This document shows positions 8,285 through 17,609 of a DNA stretch of 64,000 bases, piece after piece. The DNA lies in the NCBI GenBank assembly GCA_003518365.1, contig DOYU01000021.1:492-64491 (forward strand), in the 5' to 3' direction. The notes under the pieces are model-generated. The model worked only from the letters and a program-made list of their open reading frames with translations, made no database searches and was not told the DNA's origin. The DNA is from Candidatus Magasanikiibacteriota bacterium. Its GTDB lineage: Bacteria > Patescibacteriota > Patescibacteriia > Magasanikbacterales > UBA922. Position 1 is the first letter of the stretch. Each line of letters opens with the position of its first letter. The position numbers and the translations under genes are program-made.

Positions 8285-8875
8285 ATGTTTATGCATTCTC
8301 AATACCTCATCCCAACCGTCATCGAAAAAACATCACACGGTGAACGTGCATACGATATTTACTCTCGCCTTTTGAAAGATCGCATTATTTTTCTTGGCAG
8401 CGCGATCGATGACGGCGTCGCAAATACCATCATCGCTCAGCTCCTCTTCCTGGCAAATCAAGACGCGGAAAAAGATATCAAACTCTATATCAACTCCCCT
8501 GGTGGATCCGTCACCGCAGGTATGGCCATCTACGACACCATGCAATTTGTAAAACCACATGTTTCGACGATTTGTATCGGCATGGCAGCAAGTATGGGAT
8601 CAGTCCTCCTCGCAGCAGGAGAAAAAGGAAAACGTTTTGTCCTCCCAAATAGTGAAGTGATGATTCATCAAGTCCTCGGTGGGACACAAGGGCAAGCAAG
8701 TGATATTCAGATTCATGCAGAACGCATTGTCAAAATGAAAAAACATCTGAATGAAATTCTTGCAAAACACTGTGGCCAAACATTTGAAAAAGTAGAAAAA
8801 GACGCAGACCGAGATTACTTCATGAGTGCGGAAGAAGCTGTGACATACGGACTTGTGGACAAAGTTATATCGTAG
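8285..8875 (+). CDS. clpP: ATP-dependent Clp protease proteolytic subunit
   Basis: Full-length ClpP signature: [19 protein letters not shown], catalytic Ser context GMAASMG, and MIHQ.LGG. Confidence 0.95.
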   Translation: MFMHSQYLIPTVIEKTSHGERAYDIYSRLLKDRIIFLGSAIDDGVANTIIAQLLFLANQDAEKDIKLYINSPGGSVTAGMAIYDTMQFVKPHVSTICIGMAASMGSVLLAAGEKGKRFVLPNSEVMIHQVLGGTQGQASDIQIHAERIVKMKKHLNEILAKHCGQTFEKVEKDADRDYFMSAEEAVTYGLVDKVIS

Positions 8876-9175
8876 TTCACGAGTCACTTAACACGTAGCA
8901 CGAAACAATCTTACTCTGAACGGGAGGAAACCTTGCCAGGCAAGACTACGCTTCGCTAAGATTATGTTTCACCTACGGTGAAACAAGATTGAAGATTACT
9001 TCACAAAAAGAAGGACATGCATGATATGCATGTCCTTCTTAGCATGTAACATAATCTTCAATCTTTTTTGCCGTAAGGCAAAAGTAATCTTAGTGGAGCG
9101 AAGCGAAACGCAATCTTACGTTGCACTAGGACACACGTTGTCACATACTATGTGACTCGTGTCTCGTGAACTACG
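8871..9175. repeat. 305-bp imperfect palindrome filling the clpP/permease convergent intergenic region
   Basis: 13-nt terminal inverted repeats CGTAGTTCACGAG (8871-8883) and CTCGTGAACTACG (9163-9175), each containing the TAG stop codon of the adjacent gene. Mirrored internal blocks: CGCTTCGC-TAAGATTA, small hairpins with CCTACGG/CTTACGG loops, AAGATTGAAGATTA. Central 14-bp hairpin AGAAGGACATGCAT/ATGCATGTCCTTCT at 9010-9039. Confidence 0.7.
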
Positions 9176-10364
9176 TGAACAAAACAAACACACTATACAC
9201 TGCTCCAACAGTCAACACGAGCAAGAGCAATGCACCAAGGAGTGCGATATGATGCAATTTATATTTTCCAGGATCAAGATCACCCAATTTTTTTGCGCGC
9301 CAATAAATCAGAAGAATGAGCAACATCTCAATACTACCAAACACACCACCGACAATATTGATCGCGGCAACAAATTGTCGAAGACCTAATAAAAAAATGA
9401 TACAAGGAATACCAAGTGTCACCACCGTCGCAATGCGCCCACTCATATGATAATCCCATGACAGTGAATCTTTGAGCGATACACCATTGAGCAAAAAGCT
9501 GGTCGCCATGGCAAAGAATGCAAACGCATTGCCAAACAAAAACAACGTGTGGCCGAGCCTATTGCCAAGGCCTATCGTTGCAATTTCTGTTGTCCCCTGT
9601 CCTGTCACCCCTACAACGACGAGCGCAAATGTCAGATACAGCGCCATGACGAGCAACCCTCCTATGAGGATCGCGCGACGAAATGCTCCGTTATCATCTT
9701 TCAAAAGGGCATGTATCTCAGGCACTGCTGTCGTACCATGGAGAGAAAATAAGACCACACCATAGGGAAGAAAGAGATAGGCAAGATTTGTGGTATAGAG
9801 ATGGGTGATGTCAATATGTGGCACACTCAGTGACGTGATAAACAACACAATCACCAAAATGCCAATGGTGAGAATCAGTTCAGCGGTCTTCACAGTGCGA
9901 AGCCCGAGCATCACAAGGAGTGCTGCGAATACAAAGAACACCAGACTCCACTCTACGCTACTGCCCCCAAAGAGCGCAGCAAGCGTTTCCCCTTCTCCAA
10001 TCAGATAAATCACGAGCGCGCCAAACAGCATGCCATACATCATGACGGTCATGATCATCCCGCCTGCCTTTCCTAAATATTTTTTTGCAAACCCAACGAG
10101 CTGAAACGACCCATGTGTTCTCACTGCGACTTCGCCAAGCATGAGATTCAGTCCGATCATAAGCGCGCCTAAGCCAATAATATAGAGCACCCCAATCAAC
10201 ACACCCGCTTGTGCTACAGCATAGGGCAATCCGAGCACTCCAGCACCGATCGTCCCACTGATCATGAGTGCAACGCCTTCAGCCATAGAAAGTTTGCGTC
10301 GAAAAATTCCTTGATGCATGGCAAGGTCTGTGATTTCTAGTTGTGGGCGTTTTCGAAAGAACAT
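9171..10364 (-). CDS. Amino acid permease (Trp/Tyr-type or Aa_trans-like, about 11 TM helices)
   Basis: Polytopic membrane protein with LSMAEGVALMISGTIGAGVLGLPYAVAQAG near the N-terminus. The start is ambiguous: ATG 10364 or ATG 10319. Confidence 0.7.
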   Translation of the reverse strand: MFFRKRPQLEITDLAMHQGIFRRKLSMAEGVALMISGTIGAGVLGLPYAVAQAGVLIGVLYIIGLGALMIGLNLMLGEVAVRTHGSFQLVGFAKKYLGKAGGMIMTVMMYGMLFGALVIYLIGEGETLAALFGGSSVEWSLVFFVFAALLVMLGLRTVKTAELILTIGILVIVLFITSLSVPHIDITHLYTTNLAYLFLPYGVVLFSLHGTTAVPEIHALLKDDNGAFRRAILIGGLLVMALYLTFALVVVGVTGQGTTEIATIGLGNRLGHTLFLFGNAFAFFAMATSFLLNGVSLKDSLSWDYHMSGRIATVVTLGIPCIIFLLGLRQFVAAINIVGGVFGSIEMLLILLIYWRAKKLGDLDPGKYKLHHIALLGALLLLVLTVGAVYSVFVLFT

Positions 10365-10368
10365 GCGA

Positions 10369-11697
10369 TTAAATAGCAACAAGCGTGATAAGGAGCAACA
10401 GAAGACCAAGTGTTTGCACGGTCACATGATGATGCTGATATCGAATCTCCCAAAAGATATTCATGAGAAGTGCGATGGTAAAGAAACCAATAAAGAAAAA
10501 GAATATGCCATTTGTAATATCAAACAAGTTTGTAATAGAAGACAGCAATGATTTCGAGGCAGTGTATTGTTCGATTGGTGTCATTTGTACTTTTGGCAGG
10601 TGCTGCCAATGCAGTGCATAGCTCACAACGTCACCACTCGCGAGTGTCACACGAAGCTCTGGTGCGAGTACTGCAGAGAAATACTCAGACACAGATTCAT
10701 CAATATCGACTGATCCAGAGACAACTCCATAACTTCCTCCCTCTTCTGTGAGAGGAATCGCCGTGTCACCTATCAATACAGCCGCTGAACGATAGTCTTC
10801 GTTGATACTCGCAAATGCAGCAATACGAAATTGTGTGTCACTGATTTCTTCATACCGAACAAACGAACGATCAATATCAACCGGTGGAAGTGTTTCTTCT
10901 TGAACGTCTTCTGGCTCAACACTCACGGCAACAACTTCAGGTGTTGTATCTTCATCAAGAACAATGTCTTCAGCAACGGTTTCTTCTTCTTTTGTCCCGA
11001 GCACGTCGCCAAATGTGGTACTCGATACCACAGGAGCTGGTTCTTCGATTGCTACAAGGGCAAGTTCAGTGACATCCTCAAGAGGTGTATCGGTTACTTC
11101 TTCAAGAGTAGGAGCAACGACACTGCCAGACTTCTCAGCACCAAAGTGCTGCGCCACATACACGACCGGCACGCCATCATACATTCCTGCCGCGAGTCCA
11201 ATACCAGTATCGTGATATTCTGGATCAATAAGATTTGCCAAATGCGTGGGACTATTCACCCAAGCATTGACGAGCGCGCGTGGATCAGAAAAACCAATGG
11301 CAAGATTTTCTCCTGCGGCGCTGTATGGATAGCCAACATCACTAAGCCAAGATGCCAGAGACTTTCCGTCAGGGCCGGTGTGCGCAAAATACGATGCACT
11401 CGCCATGTCTGTGGCTTTGTGTTGTGATGATGCAAAAAGGCGTTGCTCTGATGTGAGTGGCGCGATACCGTTTGCCACGCGCACCTCATTTGTGAGGGTA
11501 AAGAGTCTTGCCTGCTGATCTGCCAAAACATCTGGGATCACATATACCTCCACAGGAACAAGCAGCACAAAGGCAACCACGATCGCTTTCATCGCCAAAA
11601 ATAGTCCACTATAAAAAATCGCCCGCTTTGTATGTAAGATATGCGGATGATAATTGTTCTCGCTATGTGGTATGAAAAAATGCTTGAGGGATGCCAT
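10369..11697 (-). CDS. Membrane-anchored CAP/SCP (YkwD-like) domain protein
   Basis: N-terminal TM segment, then the CAP core (ASYFAHTGPDGKSLASWL ... GENLAIG ... VNAWVNSPTHLANLIDPEY), an acidic linker and a C-terminal TM segment. Start set at ATG 11697 (MASLKHFF). Confidence 0.7.
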   Translation of the reverse strand: MASLKHFFIPHSENNYHPHILHTKRAIFYSGLFLAMKAIVVAFVLLVPVEVYVIPDVLADQQARLFTLTNEVRVANGIAPLTSEQRLFASSQHKATDMASASYFAHTGPDGKSLASWLSDVGYPYSAAGENLAIGFSDPRALVNAWVNSPTHLANLIDPEYHDTGIGLAAGMYDGVPVVYVAQHFGAEKSGSVVAPTLEEVTDTPLEDVTELALVAIEEPAPVVSSTTFGDVLGTKEEETVAEDIVLDEDTTPEVVAVSVEPEDVQEETLPPVDIDRSFVRYEEISDTQFRIAAFASINEDYRSAAVLIGDTAIPLTEEGGSYGVVSGSVDIDESVSEYFSAVLAPELRVTLASGDVVSYALHWQHLPKVQMTPIEQYTASKSLLSSITNLFDITNGIFFFFIGFFTIALLMNIFWEIRYQHHHVTVQTLGLLLLLITLVAI

Positions 11698-11732
11698 ACA
11701 AGAATGTCTGTAGTATAGCAATAAAGGAGTAT

Positions 11733-14399
11733 TTATGACAACGTATCTACCAATGAGTCTGCCAATCCAATATATTTTTCTGGTGTCAGTGTAAAAAGAA
11801 ATTGTTTGTCTTCTTCAGAAATATCAAGTGTTGCGACAAAATTCCTAATTGTTAGGCTATCAAGTCGTGTTCCCCTACTCAATTCTTTTAATCGTTCATA
11901 CGCATCCTGCTGTCCATACTTTCGCAACATGGTTTGGATTGCTTCGGTAACGATTTCCGGATGTGCCTGCAATTCTTGCACAAGCGCAGACTGATTTGGG
12001 GTAATCGTAGCCATTCCTTTTATCATACTTTTTACTGCCAAGAATGCATGCGCAAGTGCTACGCCTTGATTGCGTATCATTGTGCTTCCGCTAAGATCTC
12101 TTTGCATACGTGAGACTGGCAGATGCGTCGCCAATGTTGTAAACAATCCGTTGGCAAGAGCAATATTGCCTTCAGCATGTTCAAAGTGAATCGGATTTAC
12201 TTTATGCGGCATGGTACTTGATCCAACATGTTCTTTCTCTACCATTTGTCCAAACATTCCTCGACTAATATAGAGCCACATGTCTCGCGCCAGATCGAGA
12301 AGGATGGTATTTATACGAGAAACAATCTGATAACTTTCTGCAAGTGAATCATATGTATTGACTTGCGTCGTGAGCAGTAATTGTTCAAAGCCAAGGCTTG
12401 CAAGAAATGATTTGTGAAATCGAGGCCAGTCCACGTGCGCATCGAGTATCTGGTGTGCAGCAAACGTTCCTGTTGCCCCACTGCACTTTGCATCAAATGT
12501 CATGTTTGTAAGATTCGCACGCTGCTTTTTCAGTCTCTCTACAAAGACGGCAATTTCTTTCCCGACCGTAGTGGGTGTTGCCGCTTGTCCATGCGTGAGG
12601 GCAAGCATGGGGAGTCTCGCATGTGTCTTTGCAAATGTGGTTAGTGTGCTCATCAATCTATCAAGCGTTGGAACAAAGACCGTGCTCAGTGAATCACGCC
12701 AGAGTGACAGATATGCAATGTTATTGATATCTTCTGATGTCAGTGCGATATGAATAAAGGGAATTGCATGTGAAAGACCAAGCAATGGCAATCGTTCTTG
12801 CAAAAATATTTCAACGGCTTTTACATCATGATGAATCCTTTTTTCAATCTGTTTTACACGCGCAGCATCTTCGAGAGAAAACAATGTTGAAATGTTTCTA
12901 AGCTGCTCTTTTTGTATGTCTGAAAACGAAACCAACGCCGTGAAGGTTGTTTCTTCTGCGAGTGCAATAAGATATGCAATTTCAATATGCACACGAGAGC
13001 GAATCAATGCGTATTCTGAATGATATGCTGCAAGTTCTTGGACTTGTTCATAATATCGTCCGTCGATTGGGGAAATAGCAGTCAATGCGTTGTCAGCACC
13101 TTCTGCAAGATGTGAAGACAACACAACGGTTTCTGAACGCTTTGGACCAAATGACACAATACCGATCGGACACCCGACTTCTTTTTCTATGAAAGAGAGA
13201 TATGTCTGCACTGCAGGGTCAAATCCTTGCATCGTTGTTGGCATCTCGCCTGTGTACACCTGTTGCCATCCAGAGAGCGTGGTGTACACGGGCTGCGCCT
13301 TTCGCATGTCAGACAAACTTGCCGGCATTTCGTGAACAAGTTTTCCATCAATATAATACGCCGTACATACCTTCAATTCATCAAATCCATTCAAGACATC
13401 GAGCTTTGTAATTGCAATTTCAGTGAGTGGATGTACGCGGGCACTTTGCCTTACTTGCACCAAATCAAGCCAACCAATGCGACGCGCTCTCCCTGTCGTT
13501 GTCCCATATTCTTGTCCAAGTTCGCGGATACGGTCCCCGACCGAATCAGTCAATTCTGTCACAAACGGACTTGTCCCGACACGACTAACGTATGCTTTTA
13601 CCACACCGACAATCCGCTTTGGCGCATTGATGCCAAGTCCACTTCCGACTTCTGCGTGCGCTGCGACATTGTTTGAACTTGTCGTATGTGGATACAATCC
13701 ATGATCAGGATCGAGTGACATTCCTTGTGCTCCTTCAAAAAGGATACGTTTCCCTGCTGTATACGCGTGTGCGAGTTCCACTTCGGTATCAGCAATATAT
13801 TGTTTGAGTTGTTGTCCGTATGCAAGATATTGATTCGTGATTTCTTCTTTTGAAGATTGGAAGGTGCCACGAAGAACATTGGTAATCATGCCCACGTTGA
13901 AATCATACGCTTTGTCCAATTTTTCTCGAAACAGCTCTGGCTCGAGCAAATCGCCCATACGAATTCCATGGCGATACATTTTATCTGCATAGACCGGGGC
14001 AATACCACGCTTGGTGCTTCCGGCAGCGAGCGCACCCTGATGCCCAGAGAGTGCTTCATCCATGGCAATGTGATACGGCATGATGACATGCGCGCGTTCG
14101 CTGATAGCAAGTTTCAGTGGTCTACCGTTTTTTGTGATTTCTGCGATTTCTCCGAGAAGCACGCTGGGATCAATGACAACGCCATTTCCTATCACAGAAT
14201 GGGTGTGTTCAGATACCACGCCACAGGGCAACAGATGCAATTTGTATGTTTGTTCTCCAACGACAATCGTATGCCCAGCATTATTTCCTCCGTGAAATCG
14301 AACAACATACTCTGCATCACTCGCAAGCACATCTGTGATTTTTCCTTTCCCCTCATCCCCCCATTGAGCACCCACGACAACGGTTGTTTGTGGTTTCAT
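11733..14399 (-). CDS. Fusion protein: adenylosuccinate synthetase (N-terminal half) and adenylosuccinate lyase (C-terminal half)
   Basis: One uninterrupted 888-aa ORF. The N-terminal half carries PurA motifs (VVVGAQWGDEGKGKITD, GGNNAGHT, TTTGRARRIGWLD). After a roughly 12-aa linker (SSHLAEGADNA), PurB begins (LTAISPIDGRYYEQV...) and includes the fumarate-lyase signature GSSTMPHKVNP. Confidence 0.85.
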   Translation of the reverse strand: MKPQTTVVVGAQWGDEGKGKITDVLASDAEYVVRFHGGNNAGHTIVVGEQTYKLHLLPCGVVSEHTHSVIGNGVVIDPSVLLGEIAEITKNGRPLKLAISERAHVIMPYHIAMDEALSGHQGALAAGSTKRGIAPVYADKMYRHGIRMGDLLEPELFREKLDKAYDFNVGMITNVLRGTFQSSKEEITNQYLAYGQQLKQYIADTEVELAHAYTAGKRILFEGAQGMSLDPDHGLYPHTTSSNNVAAHAEVGSGLGINAPKRIVGVVKAYVSRVGTSPFVTELTDSVGDRIRELGQEYGTTTGRARRIGWLDLVQVRQSARVHPLTEIAITKLDVLNGFDELKVCTAYYIDGKLVHEMPASLSDMRKAQPVYTTLSGWQQVYTGEMPTTMQGFDPAVQTYLSFIEKEVGCPIGIVSFGPKRSETVVLSSHLAEGADNALTAISPIDGRYYEQVQELAAYHSEYALIRSRVHIEIAYLIALAEETTFTALVSFSDIQKEQLRNISTLFSLEDAARVKQIEKRIHHDVKAVEIFLQERLPLLGLSHAIPFIHIALTSEDINNIAYLSLWRDSLSTVFVPTLDRLMSTLTTFAKTHARLPMLALTHGQAATPTTVGKEIAVFVERLKKQRANLTNMTFDAKCSGATGTFAAHQILDAHVDWPRFHKSFLASLGFEQLLLTTQVNTYDSLAESYQIVSRINTILLDLARDMWLYISRGMFGQMVEKEHVGSSTMPHKVNPIHFEHAEGNIALANGLFTTLATHLPVSRMQRDLSGSTMIRNQGVALAHAFLAVKSMIKGMATITPNQSALVQELQAHPEIVTEAIQTMLRKYGQQDAYERLKELSRGTRLDSLTIRNFVATLDISEEDKQFLFTLTPEKYIGLADSLVDTLS

Positions 14400-14470
14400 A
14401 CTATTGCTAATTTACGTTGAACAGTGTCTCCAATATCTGCGTAATCATTTTATAATCAGTGTAATCCATG

Positions 14471-15913
14471 CTAGGTGATAGGATTGACATCATGCACACC
14501 ACTTTCTCGCGAACCAGCGCTGGTGATGCGCACAAATGTTACGTTTTCTTGCAGCTCGGCGATCGTGTGTGCATTGGTGTAGCTCATACCCGAGCGAAGC
14601 CCCCCAACAAGCTGATACACAATATCTGCCACCACACCTTTGTATGGCACGATTGACTCTACGCCTTCTGGCACCACGTGCGATAGTTCTTTTTGTTCTT
14701 GTCCTTTTTGCTGGCGTTTTTGCGCCTGAGTAAAGCTGGCACTACCGCGAGATATTTTGAATTTTTTATCCCCTTTTGTCATCACGACGCCCGGACTTTC
14801 TGCCGTGCCTGCAAACATACTGCCAATCATCACTGTGTCCGCGCCTGCGCCAATTGCTTTCACAATATCACCAGACGTTTTGATGCCACCGTCTGCGATC
14901 ACCGGAACGCCGTATGTTTTTGCCACTTTTGCGACTTCACTCACGGCAGTGAGCTGTGGCATGCCGCAACCGGTGACCAAACGAGTAATACAAATTGATC
15001 CAGGACCCACGCCAACTTTCAATGCATCAACACCTGCGTCACACAAATCTTTTGCCGCCTGCGCAGTTGCGATATTTCCGGCGATGAGTGGGGTGCCTGG
15101 CACGGCTTGTTTTAATGCTGCAATGGCATTGATCATGAGATCAGAGTGTCCGTGCGCGATATCAATCACGAGAACATCTGCGCCCGCTGTCACAACAGCT
15201 TTTGCTCGCTCGACAAAATCCCCATGCACGCCCACGGCAGCACCGACAATCAATCGTCCGTCTGTATCAAGATTTGCATCAGGAAAATCTACACTAAGTT
15301 TCATATCATCACTCGTAATAAGTCCGATAATGGTATTTTCTTCATCAACAAGTGGAAGTTTTTCTATTTTATGCCGTGCAAATATTGCTCGTGCATCTTC
15401 AAATGTTGTTTCTTTATTTCCAACAACAAGTTTTTCTCTTGGCGTCATAATCTGTGATACACGTGTATCACCATTTGGTGCATAGAGAAAATCTCGTCGT
15501 GATAAAATGCCAAGCAATTTTTTATCCGGACTTGCGACGAGCAGACCGGTGATGCCAATATCTGCGACATATTCTTTTGCAGAGGCAACGGTTTGATCTT
15601 GTTCTATGGTATAGGGATCTTCAATAATAAAATTTTGTGCGCGTTTTACACGCTTTACTTCTTCAACATTTTCTTCAATCGTATTGAAACGATGCAATAT
15701 ACCAATACCACCGAGGCGTGCCATGGCAATCGCCATGTCTGATCCTGTCACAGAATCCATGTTTGCTGTGACAATAGGTATGTTGATATCAAGCTGACGC
15801 GTCAATCTTGTTTTTGTCTGTGCATCGCTGCGAGAACTCAATGTAGAACGACGTGGGACGATGAGAACATCATCGTATGTGAGGGCAAATGGGATCTGCA
15901 TAGCAAAAGGCAT
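14471..15913 (-). CDS. guaB: IMP dehydrogenase
   Basis: FALTYDDVLIVP, a CBS pair, the catalytic loop VGVGPGSICITR, and GGIKTSGD. Start moved to ATG 15913 (MPFAMQIPF). Confidence 0.92.
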   Translation of the reverse strand: MPFAMQIPFALTYDDVLIVPRRSTLSSRSDAQTKTRLTRQLDINIPIVTANMDSVTGSDMAIAMARLGGIGILHRFNTIEENVEEVKRVKRAQNFIIEDPYTIEQDQTVASAKEYVADIGITGLLVASPDKKLLGILSRRDFLYAPNGDTRVSQIMTPREKLVVGNKETTFEDARAIFARHKIEKLPLVDEENTIIGLITSDDMKLSVDFPDANLDTDGRLIVGAAVGVHGDFVERAKAVVTAGADVLVIDIAHGHSDLMINAIAALKQAVPGTPLIAGNIATAQAAKDLCDAGVDALKVGVGPGSICITRLVTGCGMPQLTAVSEVAKVAKTYGVPVIADGGIKTSGDIVKAIGAGADTVMIGSMFAGTAESPGVVMTKGDKKFKISRGSASFTQAQKRQQKGQEQKELSHVVPEGVESIVPYKGVVADIVYQLVGGLRSGMSYTNAHTIAELQENVTFVRITSAGSRESGVHDVNPIT

Positions 15914-16097
15914 AAAAAAACCACCAATTGGCGGCGTGTATACTAAAACGACATCTGCATGAATCCTCCTGTGTAGGATCGTGATTTCTTCATAGCAGAA
16001 GTATCGTAGCATGTTTCTTTTTTGTGGGCAAATACTCGACGAGAAAAGTTATCCGCAGTATACTGATGTGCAGAGCAGCCACAAAAGGAGGTCGCTC

Positions 16098-16397
16098 ATG
16101 CCCGACAATGCACAAAGCAGTGCCAATGGCGATACCCTTAGAGGGAATCCCTACATCGCCCGTGAACATGTCATCCTAAACCCTACAGATCCAAACTACG
16201 GAGGACGTCCCATCCCGAGGATCTGTGATCACTGCGTATTCCAACGCCGTGTGGGTACGACCAAGTACTCTGGTTGTTTGGTGGCCCACCAAAGGCCACT
16301 GACTGCCTTCCAGATCACGCAAGGTGATATACCTGATGTGCTTGATGGCAAACAGGTGGGGAACTACTGCACTTCATGGACACGTGTCGCACGCTGA
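16098..16397 (+). CDS. Hypothetical protein (GC-rich singleton)
   Basis: ATG 16098 is preceded by AAAGGAGG at ideal spacing. 99 aa with no recognisable family. Visibly higher GC than its neighbours and followed by a GC-rich hairpin. Confidence 0.5.
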   Translation: MPDNAQSSANGDTLRGNPYIAREHVILNPTDPNYGGRPIPRICDHCVFQRRVGTTKYSGCLVAHQRPLTAFQITQGDIPDVLDGKQVGNYCTSWTRVAR

Positions 16398-16411
16398 GCA
16401 GACACGCGCGC

Positions 16412-16483
16412 GCGCCGGTGAGTCTCGTACTCACCGGCGCAGCGCATCAAAAAAAGATGACACATTTGTGCATCTCTTTTTTT
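16412..16483. terminator. Two consecutive hairpins; the second is a bidirectional terminator
   Basis: GCGCCGGTGAGT-ctcgt-ACTCACCGGCGC (16412-16440), then AGATGACACA..TGTGCATCT flanked by an A-run and a T-run (16449-16483). Located between convergent genes. Confidence 0.6.
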
Positions 16484-16503
16484 ATATATACTCTTCCGCT
16501 TTT

Positions 16504-17505
16504 TTATTTTTTTGGTTGCAATGTATCTTGAATGAGCGCCCAATATCGATTGTCATCTTTTTGCGTTTTCATAAAGTACCACCACTCCACACCCCAAAAA
16601 TATACACGAGATGCACCAATGCGTGACGCATAGGAAATATTGTCTGCAAGAAATACCGGATTCATGGTCTGTTCCATGTCTTCGATCGTTGTATCAAGTG
16701 GTGTGCTGTCGGTAAACCATGGCTCTGCTTGCAATTCTGAAACAACAAATTGATCGTGTGGCTTATCCCACAGCGCTGCTTTCAAACGGTAAAAACCTGC
16801 TGGCAGCCACTTGTATGAAAAAATCATACCACCAGGTGTGCGTACTCGTCGATATAATGTAGTTCCTAATACATCTCCAAGTTTGCTTGGTCTTCGCCAT
16901 GATGCGAGTTCTCCACTATCTGTCATAACAATCTTACGATCAGGATCAAGGTGTTGAACCAACGCAAGTTCAGAGTAGACAGCCTCTTGATCAAACCTCG
17001 CACAGTCCCCAAATGCAAATCGGATAAACGCTTCGTTTTCTACTTGCCACAATTCAAGCGCTGGATGATCTTGATAGCGTTCTACAACCGTGCGGACATA
17101 GGCAAGCAGCTTTGTGCGATATGATTCTTGTTCAATACCATTGACCCATGCAGGGACATGGCACTCAGGCCAGCGTGGAGCTTTTTGTCCTACGACCAAC
17201 ATGACTTTCACATTATAGGTTGCTGCTTCTTCCATCATCCAGTCCACATTTGAAAAGTCATACGTACCTTCTTCACTCTCAATATCACTCCACATGGCAG
17301 CAATCCTGATATAGTTTGGATGCAGGTCAGTCAGCATTGCTTGATATGCCTGTCGCCAGTCAAGCCCGAGAGATGTTGCATGGTCAGGACTAAAACTAAT
17401 GCCATAGCCGACGTCGTACGTTTTGTGACTATAGGACCAGAAGACGATCCACAGTGCAAGTGCGATGAGAAGTATTGTGGCAAGAGTATATCCGAGGAGT
17501 TTCAT
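16504..17505 (-). CDS. Membrane-anchored TIM-barrel glycoside hydrolase (GH5/GH42-like clan A); family uncertain
   Basis: N-terminal TM segment and a WQVENE acid/base-type motif typical of clan GH-A. Start set at ATG 17505, because the track start at 17532 is a TTG inside a hairpin. Confidence 0.5.
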   Translation of the reverse strand: MKLLGYTLATILLIALALWIVFWSYSHKTYDVGYGISFSPDHATSLGLDWRQAYQAMLTDLHPNYIRIAAMWSDIESEEGTYDFSNVDWMMEEAATYNVKVMLVVGQKAPRWPECHVPAWVNGIEQESYRTKLLAYVRTVVERYQDHPALELWQVENEAFIRFAFGDCARFDQEAVYSELALVQHLDPDRKIVMTDSGELASWRRPSKLGDVLGTTLYRRVRTPGGMIFSYKWLPAGFYRLKAALWDKPHDQFVVSELQAEPWFTDSTPLDTTIEDMEQTMNPVFLADNISYASRIGASRVYFWGVEWWYFMKTQKDDNRYWALIQDTLQPKK

Positions 17506-17609
17506 AGATTTAGAATGTTGAATGTCCCGCAAAGCGGGATAGAATGTAGGATCTTGAATGCAGAATATGGAATGTTGAATGCAACATTCTACATTCTATA
17601 TTCCACATT

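Noticed and set aside
15914-16010. Possible purine riboswitch or attenuator upstream of guaB (hairpin CCGCCAATTGGTGG plus a T-run immediately before the ATG)
   Set aside because: The sequence does not match the purine riboswitch core that I know. The hairpin abuts the start codon and could simply be local structure, so the evidence is insufficient for a call.
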